Assembly: GCA_964558675.1 (NCBI GenBank)
Contig: CAZLEY010000005.1
Span: 1,519-65,518, forward strand
From: an uncultured Dehalococcoidaceae bacterium
GTDB lineage: Bacteria > Chloroflexota > Dehalococcoidia > Dehalococcoidales > RBG-16-60-22
Length of the DNA stretch: 64,000 nt
Reading direction: 5' to 3'
The position numbers and the translations under genes were made by a program. The number at the start of each line of letters is the position of its first letter. The first letter of the stretch is position 1. The notes beneath the pieces were generated by a model. The model was not told where the DNA came from. It did no database searches and saw nothing but the letters and a program-made list of their open reading frames with translations. Of the stretch, positions 18,236 to 29,818 are shown piece after piece.

Positions 18236-19045
18236 ATGGTGAACAGTGAAAGCCAGATTCCCAGCCTGGGCGAAGCGGCCGCACAGTTTCTCTCACAATT
18301 ATCGTCCCAGAAAAGGGAGGCCAGCCAGCCTGAAGTATACAAATTCGCCCGCTGGTACGGCTGGGAGCGTTCTTTTACCAGACTGGCGCCACCCGATGTC
18401 GCCAGTTACGCCGAGCAGCTCTCGGTGTCGGACACCGACTACGCCAAAAAGCTGGAACTTGTGCGCTCCTTTCTGGCTTATGCCAAGAAGGCAGGATGGA
18501 GCCGGAACAATCTGGCTACTCACCTGAAAACCAGGAAGTCGAAATACGGGCAGCAGATTGCCACAAGTCGCGGCCGGCCCGAGGCCATCCCCCTGACCCG
18601 GCAGAGATATGATGAAATTGAGGCCGAACTTGCCAACCTCAAGAACAAAAGCCATGAACTCATTGATGAAATAAAGCGGGCGGCCGCCGATAAGGATTTC
18701 CGCGAAAATGCCCCGCTGGCAGCTGCCAGAGAAGAACGCGGCCACGTGGAGGGGCGCATTAAAGAGATACAGGAGACACTGAAGGCAGCGACCATTATCG
18801 GTGAGAAAAGAGAGCCTGCCCTCAAGACAGGCGTCGGTGATACTATCGTCCTCAGTGACCTGGCTTCCGGCGAAGAACTCCGCTACATGATAGTCGACCC
18901 CAGGGAGGTGGACCCGAGCCGGGGTAAAATCTCCATCGCCTCCCCCCTTGGCAAGGCGCTCATCGGCAGACATGATGGAGAGACGGTTGAGATAACAGCA
19001 CCGGCCGGAAAGCTGCGTTACCAGATTAAACAGATCGAGCGCTAA
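18236..19045 (+). CDS. greA: GreA-family transcription elongation factor with about 115-aa N-terminal extension
   Basis: C-terminal part: coiled coil (YDEIEAELANLK...REERGHVEGRIKEIQETL) plus a GreA C-domain (GDTIVLSD...ISIASPLGKALIGRHDGETVEITAP). The N-terminus resembles an integrase SAM-like core-binding fold (weak). Confidence 0.7.
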   Translation: MVNSESQIPSLGEAAAQFLSQLSSQKREASQPEVYKFARWYGWERSFTRLAPPDVASYAEQLSVSDTDYAKKLELVRSFLAYAKKAGWSRNNLATHLKTRKSKYGQQIATSRGRPEAIPLTRQRYDEIEAELANLKNKSHELIDEIKRAAADKDFRENAPLAAAREERGHVEGRIKEIQETLKAATIIGEKREPALKTGVGDTIVLSDLASGEELRYMIVDPREVDPSRGKISIASPLGKALIGRHDGETVEITAPAGKLRYQIKQIER

Positions 19046-19073
19046 ACACTATGTGTTATAATAATCTTGTTAT

Positions 19074-19146
19074 GGGGATATAGCTCAGCTGGGAGAGCGC
19101 CGCGTTCGCATCGCGGAGGCCGGGGGTTCGAATCCCCCTATCTCCA
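19074..19146 (+). tRNA. tRNA-Ala(CGC)
   Basis: Manual cloverleaf: acceptor GGGGATA/TATCTCC with G3:U70, D-arm GCTC/GAGC, anticodon arm CCGCG-TTCGCAT-CGCGG, T-arm GGGGG-TTCGAAT-CCCCC and A73. CCA is not encoded. Confidence 0.95.
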
Positions 19147-19401
19147 CTTAATGGTTTCAAAAAGTAGAACCGGCAGAACCTACTCATCCTCGTTTCTTAT
19201 CATGTAATGGTAACCTGTAATTCGCCGTAACTATATCCCCATTTACTGTTTCCCGCTCCAGGGCATTCAGATTCTTACCTTATTTATACCAATTCCTATC
19301 TGTTATCTAGCCTTAATTGTCATAAAATATCACTTTAAGAGCATGTTTGAGGACCTCTATAACTTATGACATGCATGTTTGTAAAGTGAGGGTATGAAAT
19401 A

Positions 19402-19638
19402 GTGAATGAAGCCTTGTCCATTGACCCGCCGGCATCGTTTGGACAGATGCTAAGGAATATCCGCACGTCGCTGCAGCTGACCCAGCGGGAAGTAGCCGAG
19501 CGTTTTGGCGTTACTACAAAGGAAGTTGGATTATTTGAGCGCGACCTGCCGGTTGGGCAAGGTGCTAAAATTAAGATTCTAAGGCAAATATATCCTGCAA
19601 GAGCTAAAAACCATGAGCAAAAAAAACGGGAAATCTAA
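19402..19638 (+). CDS. XRE-family helix-turn-helix protein
   Basis: GTG start. LRNIRTSLQLTQREVAERFGVTTKEVGLFE. Confidence 0.65.
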   Translation: MNEALSIDPPASFGQMLRNIRTSLQLTQREVAERFGVTTKEVGLFERDLPVGQGAKIKILRQIYPARAKNHEQKKREI

Positions 19639-19969
19639 AGCAGCCGGGACTACTGCCCGTGATATAAGTTCAGAGCTTTATGAGGGAGATGTTCGGCTGG
19701 AGATAGAGTCGTCAGAAGATTTTAAACAGGTAAACCAGTTCAGAAAATGTCTGAAAACGGTTGAAAACCTGAGAATAGCATCGAGCAATTGGTCAGAAGA
19801 AGAAGGACTCATGATAATCGTCTCATTACGGAGTCCCGTACCGTTAGGCAGCATATTGAGCCGGATGCCCATGATAGAACAGGTTTATAAAAAACGCAAA
19901 AGCATAGTGGCCGTATTAAATGGCTCAGCGGTTGACGTGCCCCCGACCGTTGACCGGATTTATAGCTAG
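19613..19969 (+). CDS. hypothetical protein overlapping the XRE gene end
   Basis: 118-aa ORF with a 26-nt overlap with the XRE gene. No recognisable motif. Confidence 0.35.
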   Translation: MSKKNGKSKAAGTTARDISSELYEGDVRLEIESSEDFKQVNQFRKCLKTVENLRIASSNWSEEEGLMIIVSLRSPVPLGSILSRMPMIEQVYKKRKSIVAVLNGSAVDVPPTVDRIYS

Positions 19970-20083
19970 AGTTAACGTTGTCTTAAGCTACTCTCGGGGC
20001 AGGCTCTTATTTTCACTTGAAGCCATGCATGTTTTAGAATGCCATATCCGGTTTCCAGATCTCCCATACGTGGCCGGCCCTCG

Positions 20084-21458
<1,375 letters not shown>

Positions 21459-21740
21459 CTCGTCGGGGTCCCAGAGATTGTCATGGTCAAATGTAGGTCC
21501 CTGGTGGTAGTAGTGCGTTCACCCGCCTTTGTTAGATTTGCCCTGGCTAGGTGCTATCTAGTCCAGGGCATTTAATTTGCCCGTGTGAGGCAAGCGTCCA
21601 GGTCAGGCTTTGCGTTATTCAATTGTTAAGGTGCTAAAGCGAATCTGCCTAATACCATCATCCAACAAAAGGAAGGAAAGTGATATTTCAAAATGAACCT
21701 ATATTTTCGTCATATATTTAGCGATGATGTTTTGAGAGAT

Positions 21741-21780
21741 AAAAAAGACTTCTTACTATCGCTGGTAAGAAGTCTTTTTT
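21741..21780. terminator. bidirectional intrinsic terminator
   Basis: AAAAAAGACTTCTTAC-tatcgctg-GTAAGAAGTCTTTTTT, a perfect 16-bp stem including the A and T runs. Confidence 0.6.
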
Positions 21781-21849
21781 ATTGGAGAGTCTTAATTGGG
21801 ACTAGAGTGCGCTGCAAGGCATTTCAGAGTTGCCTAGCAATCAATCTTT

Positions 21850-22062
21850 GCCTATAATCGGATAGGCTTAAGTATTCAGGTTGAATCTTCTAATGGTAAG
21901 CTCAGGGATGAACTGCTTGACCGGGGAATCCTCTCCACCCTTGCAGAAGCAAGGGTGTTGATTGAACAAGGGAAAAGGGAATATAATCAGGTACGGAAGC
22001 ATAGCGCCAGGAATAGCCGTCCACCGCCACCTGAAGCTATTATGACAGTGGCTCTAACATAA
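21850..22062 (+). mobile_element. C-terminal remnant of a DDE (rve-type, IS3/IS481-like) transposase
   Basis: Frame-1 translation ...VESSNGKLRDELLDRGILSTLAEARVLIEQGKREYNQVRKHSARNSRPPPPEAIM* matches the conserved transposase tail ESFNGKLRDE...EA..LIE.WR.EYN..RPHSALGY.PPAPE. No upstream catalytic part or inverted repeats are present. Confidence 0.6.
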
Positions 22063-22197
22063 GACCTGGTACAACTGCTGGCGATAGGTCAATGCTGTAA
22101 GATAAAGGAATAAGATAAATATACTTCTGTTAAGATGCTTACGGTTGAAAAACTGATTGTCTTTTTTCAACCAAAATCGGAAGTTACACGCTGAATT

Positions 22198-24312
22198 ATG
22201 TCATATCGTGTCATCAAATCCACCTGTCGAGGATGCCATGGCGTATGTGGTGTTCTGCTTCATATGAAAGACGGGAAGCTTGTTAAAGTAACCGGAGACC
22301 CTGATAGCCCTACCTCACAGGGATATCTTTGTATCAAAGGTAAATCGGCTCCGGAGTTATTATATCATCCTGACCGGCTGAAATATCCCATGAAGAGAGC
22401 AGGTGAACGTGGGGAAAACAAGTGGCAGAGGATTACCTGGGACGAGGCACTGGATAAGGTCAGTGAGGAATTACTTAAAGTAAAGCAGAATTATGGCGTA
22501 GAATCAATTGTCGGAGCCAGGGGAACAGGCAGGCCTTACTATGTGATGTTTCACAGGTTTCTTAATTGCCTGGGCACACCTAATCGTCTCGGTTTCGCTC
22601 ATCTCTGTTATGGTCCCAGATTGGTGGCCTCGGCGATGACTTGCGGTGACCTGCCTGTATGTGATTATTACGGTTTTGGTGGAGTTAAACCACAGTGTGT
22701 GCTGATATGGGGATGTAATCTGACCGAAGTAGGGGCTGCTGACGGCATGTGTGGCTATCAGCTTACCCAGGTATTGAAGAAAGGTTCAAAATCAATAGTT
22801 GTTGACCCCAGAAGAACGAGATTAGCTGCCGGGGCTGATTACTGGATGCAAATTCGTCCTGGGACGGACGCTGCCCTGGCCATGGGTATGCTCCATGTAA
22901 TCATCAAAGAAGAGCTATATGACAAAGATTTTATCGATAAGTGGACCATTGGCTTTAGCGAGTTGATAGAGAGAGTCGAAGACTATTCTCCGGAAAAAGT
23001 AGCTCAGATTACCTGGGTTTCCGCCGACGATATAAAGGCAGCAGCGCGATTATATGCGACTACAAAACCAGCCTCTATGCAATGGGGCGTCGGCATAGAC
23101 CAGGGGGTAAATAATTATCAGACTATTCGGGCCTTACTTCTACTATCTGGTATTACGGGTAATATGGATGTTCCGGGTGGTGATGTTTTCTGGGTACCCC
23201 CATCTAACGTTGTTGTACAGGCACCGCGTCTCAATCCAGATATAGAGTTGCCAGAAAAGCTGACGCCTGAATCAAAGCGAAAAATGATTGGAGCGAGGAA
23301 ATATAAATTAAGTACGACAATACAACCCGGGGAGTTCATCAATACGGTACTCACTGAAAAACCTTATCCCATAAAGGCTCTGTTTATTATGGGTAGTAAT
23401 TTGTTAGTCGGTCACAGCGATTGTTTAAGGATGGTCCAGGCGTTGCGGAAAATCGATTTTATAGTTGCGACAGATTTATTTATGACACCAACGACTCAAT
23501 TTGCCGATATTATCCTGCCGGCTGCAAGCTGGCTGGAAACTGACGATGTACCTGACCTTCATATGGTCTGGTGTGTTACTGCCCGGTCAAAAGTGGCTAC
23601 GATAGGTGAATGCAGAGACGATAAGCAGATTATTTTCGACCTTGCGCATCGCATGGGAATGGAAGACTGTTTTCCGTGGCGTGATACCACAGAATATTGC
23701 GATTGGTTGCTGAAGGATACAGGGATGACTTTTGAGGAATTTAAGGAAATTACCATTCTCAAAGGTAAGATGCAATATAAAAAATACGAACAGGTCGGAT
23801 TCAGAACGCCTTCCGGTAAATTTGAAATTTACTGTCCAGCTTTGAAAGATATGGGGTATGACCCATTGCCTTATTATGTTGAACCTCCAGAAAGTCCCTA
23901 TTCTACGCCAGATATTTTTAATGAGTATCCATTAATAATAACCACCGGAGCCAGGATTCAGGCTTTTTTCCATACTGAGGGTAGGCAGATAAAATCGCTA
24001 CGCCAGATAAACCCGGAACCAAAGGTTGATATACACCCTGATACGGCAAGGAAATTGGCGGTAAAAGATGGCGATTGGGTTTGGATTGAAAGTCCAAGAG
24101 GCGGCAGAATAAAACAGAGAGCCAGCCTCACAGATGGTATTAATCCTGGTGTTGTGAGTGCCCAGCATGGCTGGTGGTTTCCAGAAAAAGAACCTTGGGA
24201 ATACGGATTTACAGAGTCAAATGTTAATATGCTAACACATGAGATGTCTCGTGACCCTCAAACGGGCTCAGAACCATGGCGTTCCTTTCTCTGTAAGATA
24301 TACAAGGTATAG
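22198..24312 (+). CDS. cytoplasmic bis-PGD molybdo/tungsto-enzyme catalytic subunit (stand-alone, [4Fe-4S] N-terminal motif)
   Basis: 704 aa. CRGCHGVCGV...LCIKG matches the Cx2Cx3Cx27C motif. No RR signal. MopB core motifs and the C-terminal tail FLCKIYKV are shared with 25270 and 33629. Confidence 0.85.
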   Translation: MSYRVIKSTCRGCHGVCGVLLHMKDGKLVKVTGDPDSPTSQGYLCIKGKSAPELLYHPDRLKYPMKRAGERGENKWQRITWDEALDKVSEELLKVKQNYGVESIVGARGTGRPYYVMFHRFLNCLGTPNRLGFAHLCYGPRLVASAMTCGDLPVCDYYGFGGVKPQCVLIWGCNLTEVGAADGMCGYQLTQVLKKGSKSIVVDPRRTRLAAGADYWMQIRPGTDAALAMGMLHVIIKEELYDKDFIDKWTIGFSELIERVEDYSPEKVAQITWVSADDIKAAARLYATTKPASMQWGVGIDQGVNNYQTIRALLLLSGITGNMDVPGGDVFWVPPSNVVVQAPRLNPDIELPEKLTPESKRKMIGARKYKLSTTIQPGEFINTVLTEKPYPIKALFIMGSNLLVGHSDCLRMVQALRKIDFIVATDLFMTPTTQFADIILPAASWLETDDVPDLHMVWCVTARSKVATIGECRDDKQIIFDLAHRMGMEDCFPWRDTTEYCDWLLKDTGMTFEEFKEITILKGKMQYKKYEQVGFRTPSGKFEIYCPALKDMGYDPLPYYVEPPESPYSTPDIFNEYPLIITTGARIQAFFHTEGRQIKSLRQINPEPKVDIHPDTARKLAVKDGDWVWIESPRGGRIKQRASLTDGINPGVVSAQHGWWFPEKEPWEYGFTESNVNMLTHEMSRDPQTGSEPWRSFLCKIYKV

Positions 24313-24362
24313 AGATAGAACCAGTCTACGAAAAATTTGAGAGTGGAAGAAGGTGGCAACTA

Positions 24363-25133
24363 ATGCTTGAAAAAGGATTTCACTACGATATAGGCGAATA
24401 TAAGTGTATAATTTTTAGCGATGGTACGCTTGTGAACCAGGAATCGGAGGACGAAGAGGTATTTAGCTTAAATAGTCTATTAATCAACTCAGGAGACCAT
24501 AAAATACTTATAGATACTGGATGTGGCGATGGATTTCAATCTACTGCCGGGTGGTTAGTTAAAAACCTGGAGGCAGAAGGAATAAGATGTTCGGATATTG
24601 ATAGAATCATTTTCACCCATGGTCATATAGACCATGTCGGTGGCAGCTTTGATTCACAGGGAAGGCCCGTTTTCCCCAACGCTCGTTATATAGCGACCGA
24701 AAGGGAGTGGGAATGCTGGGTGACCAGACCGGAGAGAAGCGAACTCCAGAACATGTTTTTTAGTCCCGCTCGAAAAAACCTGCTGCCTGTCCGGGACCAA
24801 TTCGACCTGGTGAAGGATGATGCTGAAGTATTCCCTGGTATTAAGCTCATGGCAGCCCCAGGACATACTCCAGGCAATGTCATGGTAGATATATCATCGG
24901 GGGAAGAACGACTTGTTTGTATCGGAGACATAATCCATTCACAAATTGAGTTCGTTAATCCTGAATATTTAGCCTTATTCGACGTTACGCCTGAACAGGC
25001 ATTACATACGAGGACTCGAATACTATCTGATATCGCAGAATCCGGGATTCTTGTTTTTGCCTGTCATTTTCCGTTCCCGGGCCTTGGCTACATAACGCAC
25101 AACGAAGGCGCCTTCACCTGGCAGCCTATCTAA
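24363..25133 (+). CDS. MBL-fold metallo-hydrolase
   Basis: IIFTHGHIDHVGG and APGHTPG motifs. Confidence 0.8.
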   Translation: MLEKGFHYDIGEYKCIIFSDGTLVNQESEDEEVFSLNSLLINSGDHKILIDTGCGDGFQSTAGWLVKNLEAEGIRCSDIDRIIFTHGHIDHVGGSFDSQGRPVFPNARYIATEREWECWVTRPERSELQNMFFSPARKNLLPVRDQFDLVKDDAEVFPGIKLMAAPGHTPGNVMVDISSGEERLVCIGDIIHSQIEFVNPEYLALFDVTPEQALHTRTRILSDIAESGILVFACHFPFPGLGYITHNEGAFTWQPI

Positions 25134-25269
25134 AAGTATCTTATCTCTAGTTATTAAGTCATTCCTGATTGGGAATGAAGATTCGAGTCGAAATTTAAAA
25201 ATTCAAGTATGTATTCGGGCAGAGTTCGACTCTCATACAGGATTTATCAGTCTAGCGAGGTAATCTTCT

Positions 25270-27369
25270 ATGAGTAAAAGCAAACCCACCATAGTCCGTA
25301 CCGTGTGCCGGGAGTGTAATATCAGGTGTAATATACTCGTACACGTCACTGATGGCCGGGCGATTAAGATAGAAAGCGTTCCCGATTCTCCAGACTCGGA
25401 GGGTCAGCTTTGTTCCAGAGTAGCAGCTGCTCTAGAGCGGCTTTATCATCCCCGGCGCCTGACATTTCCTCAAAGAAGGGCTGGTGAACGTGGCGCCGGG
25501 AAATGGGAAAAGATAACCTGGGAAGAAGCTTTAGACGAGATTGCAGAGAAACTCGTCCATGCTAGAGATGAATTTGGAGCTGAGTCCGTCAGCCTGGTAA
25601 AAGGTTTTTATGATAGGCATGCCGACTTCGTGTCCCGGCTGGGAAACGCCTTTGGTACTCCCAATGTTGCCAGTATCGATAATACCTGCTATGTCCCCAG
25701 TGCTGCCGGGCGTCTGATGACGTACGGTTTTGACGGTGTTTCGGATTTAAATGGTTCTCCTGAATGTGTCATGTGCTGGGGAAGCAGCGCCAACCCTCCC
25801 GTTAAGGAAGGCGGCAAGCTGATAGTCATTAATACCCTCAAGACCGCGGCAGCCAGGAAGGCGGATATCTGGCTTCAGCCTCGTCCGGCGACTGACCTCG
25901 CCCTGGCGTTAGGTATACTGAATGTAATCATCAATGAGAAACGCTACGACCGTGATTTCGTCAAAAACTGGACAACCGGTTTTGACAGGCTGGAGGAACA
26001 TATCCAGCGGTATTCTCCGGAGAACGTGGCCGAGATAACCTGGGTGCCGGCTGACGATATCGTTGAAGCCGCCAGGCTATTCACGAGATACCGATATGCC
26101 TGTTTGATGAACGGAAACGCGAGTGAGGACACCTATAACAGCACTCAGTTTGCCCGGGCAATCGCCATCATTCAGGCCATATGCGGTCTTCTGGATATCC
26201 CCGGCGGCACAATCGAGGCAGAGGGGCTAATTAAGAATGAAGCCACTGCCGACGACATACTGCGCCATGAGTTGCCCGTTGAAAAGGAAAATAAGAAGCT
26301 GGGTTCCGAACGAGGATATTTACCGCCAAACGACTTATGGTATTCCATTGCCAGTAAACCCGTGGAAATCCATCCGCAACACCTTGTCAGTGCCATTCTG
26401 GAGGAAAAACCTTATCCCATTCAGGCAGTAGGGATTATGGGAAGCAACCCTCTGCTCACCTGGAGCAACTCGCGCAGGGTTTATGATGCATTTATGAAGG
26501 TCCCCTTTTTATTTGTGAGCGAACTTATAATGACTCCGACTGCAGCTCTTGCTGATATTGTGCTTCCGGTGGCTTCCTATCTTGAAACGGATGGCGTTGT
26601 CGTTTCGAGTTTGGGCTCAGGTGTGACCTTTCTTCAAGCCCAGCAGAAGGCGGTTGAGGTTGGAGAATGCCTTTCCAACCAGGAAATTGTAATCAGGTTG
26701 GCGGAAAAACTGGGATTAAGCCGGTACTTCTGGAAGGACCTTGATTCATATCTGGATGCGTATCTGGCGCCAATCGGTATAACGTTCTCAGAATTGCGGC
26801 AGAGGTCTAGAGTTATTACTTCCGCTACCCGCTACCGGAAGTATCTGGAAAAAGGTTTCGATACTCCCTCCGGGAAAGTAGAAATATATTCAAGTCTCTG
26901 TGCAGAATGGCGATACGAACCGATGCCTGTTTACCATGAGCCTGAGGAAACACCGGTAAGCAGTCCGGAGCTGCTTGATGAATATCCCCTGATACTGACG
27001 AGCGTACATGAAACTAACTACGTTCATTCGCAGGACAGATACCTTGCGGCTATCCGCAGTGAGAAACCGGAACCTCTGGTAATCATTCATCCTGAGACAG
27101 CGGCGAAATGGGGAATAGCCGATGGCGGTATGGTTTATATAGAAAACAGGCGGGGTAGGATAAAACAGAAAGCCAGTTTGAGCGAAGATATCATGCCCGG
27201 GGTTATCAGCGTTGGCTACGGCTGGTGGTTTCCTGAAAGAAGTGTCTCGGAATTGTACGGATGGGATGAAGCCAATATTAATATATTAACCGATGATTCT
27301 CCCCCCTATAGCCCCGAAATGGGTTCGCCAAAGATGAGGGGCTTTCTCTGTAAAATATACAAGGCCTGA
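25270..27369 (+). CDS. cytoplasmic bis-PGD molybdo/tungsto-enzyme catalytic subunit (stand-alone paralog)
   Basis: 699 aa. CRECNIRCN...LCSR FeS motif, no RR signal, C-terminal FLCKIYKA. Confidence 0.85.
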   Translation: MSKSKPTIVRTVCRECNIRCNILVHVTDGRAIKIESVPDSPDSEGQLCSRVAAALERLYHPRRLTFPQRRAGERGAGKWEKITWEEALDEIAEKLVHARDEFGAESVSLVKGFYDRHADFVSRLGNAFGTPNVASIDNTCYVPSAAGRLMTYGFDGVSDLNGSPECVMCWGSSANPPVKEGGKLIVINTLKTAAARKADIWLQPRPATDLALALGILNVIINEKRYDRDFVKNWTTGFDRLEEHIQRYSPENVAEITWVPADDIVEAARLFTRYRYACLMNGNASEDTYNSTQFARAIAIIQAICGLLDIPGGTIEAEGLIKNEATADDILRHELPVEKENKKLGSERGYLPPNDLWYSIASKPVEIHPQHLVSAILEEKPYPIQAVGIMGSNPLLTWSNSRRVYDAFMKVPFLFVSELIMTPTAALADIVLPVASYLETDGVVVSSLGSGVTFLQAQQKAVEVGECLSNQEIVIRLAEKLGLSRYFWKDLDSYLDAYLAPIGITFSELRQRSRVITSATRYRKYLEKGFDTPSGKVEIYSSLCAEWRYEPMPVYHEPEETPVSSPELLDEYPLILTSVHETNYVHSQDRYLAAIRSEKPEPLVIIHPETAAKWGIADGGMVYIENRRGRIKQKASLSEDIMPGVISVGYGWWFPERSVSELYGWDEANINILTDDSPPYSPEMGSPKMRGFLCKIYKA

Positions 27370-27467
27370 TATCAAAAAGATATAAAAAAACGGGATGTCC
27401 AGGTTCGTGTGTACATAATTACTAAGCGAACTCAATCTGGAAGCTCACGGCTTCCTTTAGTCGGCTA

Positions 27468-27794
27468 TCAGCCGCAATATAACGGCGTTACACCGCTAGC
27501 GGTTAACCTGTGAATGTGCCCCCCTTCGCAAATGGGGCATTTTATGTTTTTCTCCTGTGAGGGGCTGCCGGGCACCGGTAATGTAAATTTATTCTGGCAC
27601 TGCTGGCATTCATATTCCCATTCAAGTATCCCTTCATATGAATCAGAGCCGATTGGTGCCCAGGATGGCATTTCCTGGACTTGAGAGTTCCCGCACCTGG
27701 GGCATTTTACCTTTTTCTCCGGTACGAGGTCGCAGGCGACTGGCAACCTGAAGATATTGCCACATTGCTGGCATAAATACATATATTCACTCAT
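27468..27794 (-). CDS. double zinc-ribbon protein (FmdB-like CxxC pairs)
   Basis: CQQCGN...CPRCGN and CQQCQN...CPICEG, which makes two tandem CxxC-CxxC ribbons. Confidence 0.6.
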   Translation of the reverse strand: MSEYMYLCQQCGNIFRLPVACDLVPEKKVKCPRCGNSQVQEMPSWAPIGSDSYEGILEWEYECQQCQNKFTLPVPGSPSQEKNIKCPICEGGHIHRLTASGVTPLYCG

Positions 27795-27918
27795 CAGTAT
27801 TTACTTTCCTTATAAAGCCTTATCCGGGTACTGAAGGATATTTAGGTCGTTGTAAGACATCTTTATTACTCTTTTTCATATATACAATTATATAACCAAA
27901 ACGGGACAGGCGTTAGTA

Positions 27919-28614
27919 TCATTTCCGGGGATATTCAATGCATAAATCAATGAAAACGTAATCGCTGCTTACCCAATAATCACTCAATCTGGACCTGCTG
28001 AGGATTTCACGTACCTCCGGGATGGTATAGCTGGCCAGAATAGCCTTAGGCCAGTTTTCCCGGTGTCGTTTGTTCATAAACCGGGAGATAAGCCAGATAA
28101 TCACTTTCCATGCAGGGTTCTGGTAGACTCTTTTATTATCTCTGATAATGGCATGTCCGGTCTCTCCGGTCACCCTGGCTACCTCATCAAATACGGTTAC
28201 AGGTTGGAACCAGTGATGCAATGAAGCGTAGCTGAAAACCAGGTCGAAGGAATTATCGGCAAAGGGGAGTGCCGCCGCCGTGGATACCAGGAAAGTTATC
28301 TTGTTTTCGACTCCGCAGTGTCTGGCGTTTTCCCTGGCTTTATTTATCATCGCCTCTGAAATATCAAGGGCGGTAATCTCAAAATGGCAGCCTTTAACTC
28401 TGGCCAGTTCAATAGCCAGGCGGCCGGGGCCTGTGCCGATATCCAGTACCCGCCCGCTCCTTATTCCTCTACTCAGAATCTTCCTGGTGAAATACTTATA
28501 TTCAGGCATCATGTAGAATCTGGCGCCCTTATCGTATTGAATAACGGCGTCCATATCAGCTATCGGTTCCTCAGGAAGGGGTATTCTATCACCCATAAAG
28601 TCTCTCCTCTTCAA
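27919..28614 (-). CDS. class I SAM-dependent methyltransferase
   Basis: VLDIGTGPGRLAIELA (motif I) and DLVFSYASLHHW. An alternative start is Met7 at 28596. Confidence 0.8.
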   Translation of the reverse strand: MKRRDFMGDRIPLPEEPIADMDAVIQYDKGARFYMMPEYKYFTRKILSRGIRSGRVLDIGTGPGRLAIELARVKGCHFEITALDISEAMINKARENARHCGVENKITFLVSTAAALPFADNSFDLVFSYASLHHWFQPVTVFDEVARVTGETGHAIIRDNKRVYQNPAWKVIIWLISRFMNKRHRENWPKAILASYTIPEVREILSRSRLSDYWVSSDYVFIDLCIEYPRK

Positions 28615-28629
28615 TATCCAGAATTCAGA

Positions 28630-29754
28630 TTACATACCTTTTAGAGAGGTGTATATTCCGCCGGTGCCGCCGTAGAGTTTAAGCCCGTACGTTTCGTATA
28701 TAGGCAGGGCTGCTTCATAAAGATAGAGCATCCTTTCTACAGCGGGTGGTTCCAGGTCTTCGTAGGCAGAATTCATCATAGGAGTAAATGGCACTATGGA
28801 GCATACTACCCCCATGGAAGCGGCCATTTCCACACCTTTGAGCATGGTCTCGTCACTCTCACCGAGTCCGGCAATGGCCATGGTGTAGACCTCGTTGTAC
28901 CCGAACACATCCAGGCATTTCGCCCACACTCTCTTGTAGTCGTCTATCGTGTTCTTACCCTTCATAGGCATGATGTCTTCCCGGAGACTCTCGTCAAAGC
29001 ACTCGATGTTGCACAGGGCGGTAGTAGCGCCGCAGGCTTTACCCTCACGCAGAAGCGAATCAAGCATAACATAATCAGTCAGGGGCTCGAAATTAAGCGT
29101 CATGGTAACATCAGCCTTCTTGTGTATGAGCCTGGCTGCCTCCACTATATCTTCCAGCCCCTTGCCGCGGGTGAGCTTGGTGCCGGTGCTGAGGGTTACG
29201 TGCTTCGCCATACCCTCTTTATAGGCGGCTTCAGCGACCTCGGCGACTTGAGCGGGGGTCTTGTCCATGTAGCCCGCCCACCAGCTCTCTATGGCGCAGA
29301 ACTTGCAGCCTTTGCCGATTCTCTGGTAGCCGCACCGCTGATTCAGTACGGAGCGGAGGTGGTCGGGTTCGCCGATAACGGCGACATCGCTCATCGGGAT
29401 ACCGTCACTGGTGGTCATGTCATAATACTCGGGGCGGGGCATCATGGTGATACCCGTGTATTTTCTGCCATTCTTCCGGATTTCATACCTGCCCGAGTCG
29501 GCCTTGACCACGTGGAACGGTGTTTTTTTGGAAAATTTGCCGTTAATTATAAGGACAGTGGTAAATAAGCCGGTTACCGGCTGCTCCAGAAGGAAGACGA
29601 ATCTTCCCCTCTTTATAGCCGGTGCGTTCCACTCCCTTTCAAGTTCGTCCTGTAGTTCCGGCGGAACGAGCACCCCGTTCGCCTGGAGCTCGATCTTTAT
29701 CCTGCCCAGTACACCAGTTTCATCCGTGTAAGTTTTTATTGCCATGTTCGACAT
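28630..29754 (-). CDS. radical-SAM-like TIM-barrel protein with atypical CX8CX2C motif, paralog 1
   Basis: 374 aa with AGGAGGGA upstream of the start. Motifs NQRCGYQRIGKGCKFCAIESWW, then TLSTGT, NIECFDESLRED and AGLGESDE, which resemble radical-SAM core strands. Family not identified. Confidence 0.55.
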   Translation of the reverse strand: MSNMAIKTYTDETGVLGRIKIELQANGVLVPPELQDELEREWNAPAIKRGRFVFLLEQPVTGLFTTVLIINGKFSKKTPFHVVKADSGRYEIRKNGRKYTGITMMPRPEYYDMTTSDGIPMSDVAVIGEPDHLRSVLNQRCGYQRIGKGCKFCAIESWWAGYMDKTPAQVAEVAEAAYKEGMAKHVTLSTGTKLTRGKGLEDIVEAARLIHKKADVTMTLNFEPLTDYVMLDSLLREGKACGATTALCNIECFDESLREDIMPMKGKNTIDDYKRVWAKCLDVFGYNEVYTMAIAGLGESDETMLKGVEMAASMGVVCSIVPFTPMMNSAYEDLEPPAVERMLYLYEAALPIYETYGLKLYGGTGGIYTSLKGM

Positions 29755-29818
29755 AACGTATTTCCCTCCTGCATTTAACTAACTCTGTTTCCGCTTACCT
29801 GATACACTTTATATAGTT

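Noticed and set aside
22080-22197. Moco riboswitch upstream of the molybdoenzyme genes. A hairpin, GGTTGAAAAA…TTTTTCAACC, lies at about 22143-22171.
   Set aside because: It is a simple A/T-rich hairpin without the conserved Moco-motif internal loops. It is more likely a terminator or insulator after the transposase remnant.
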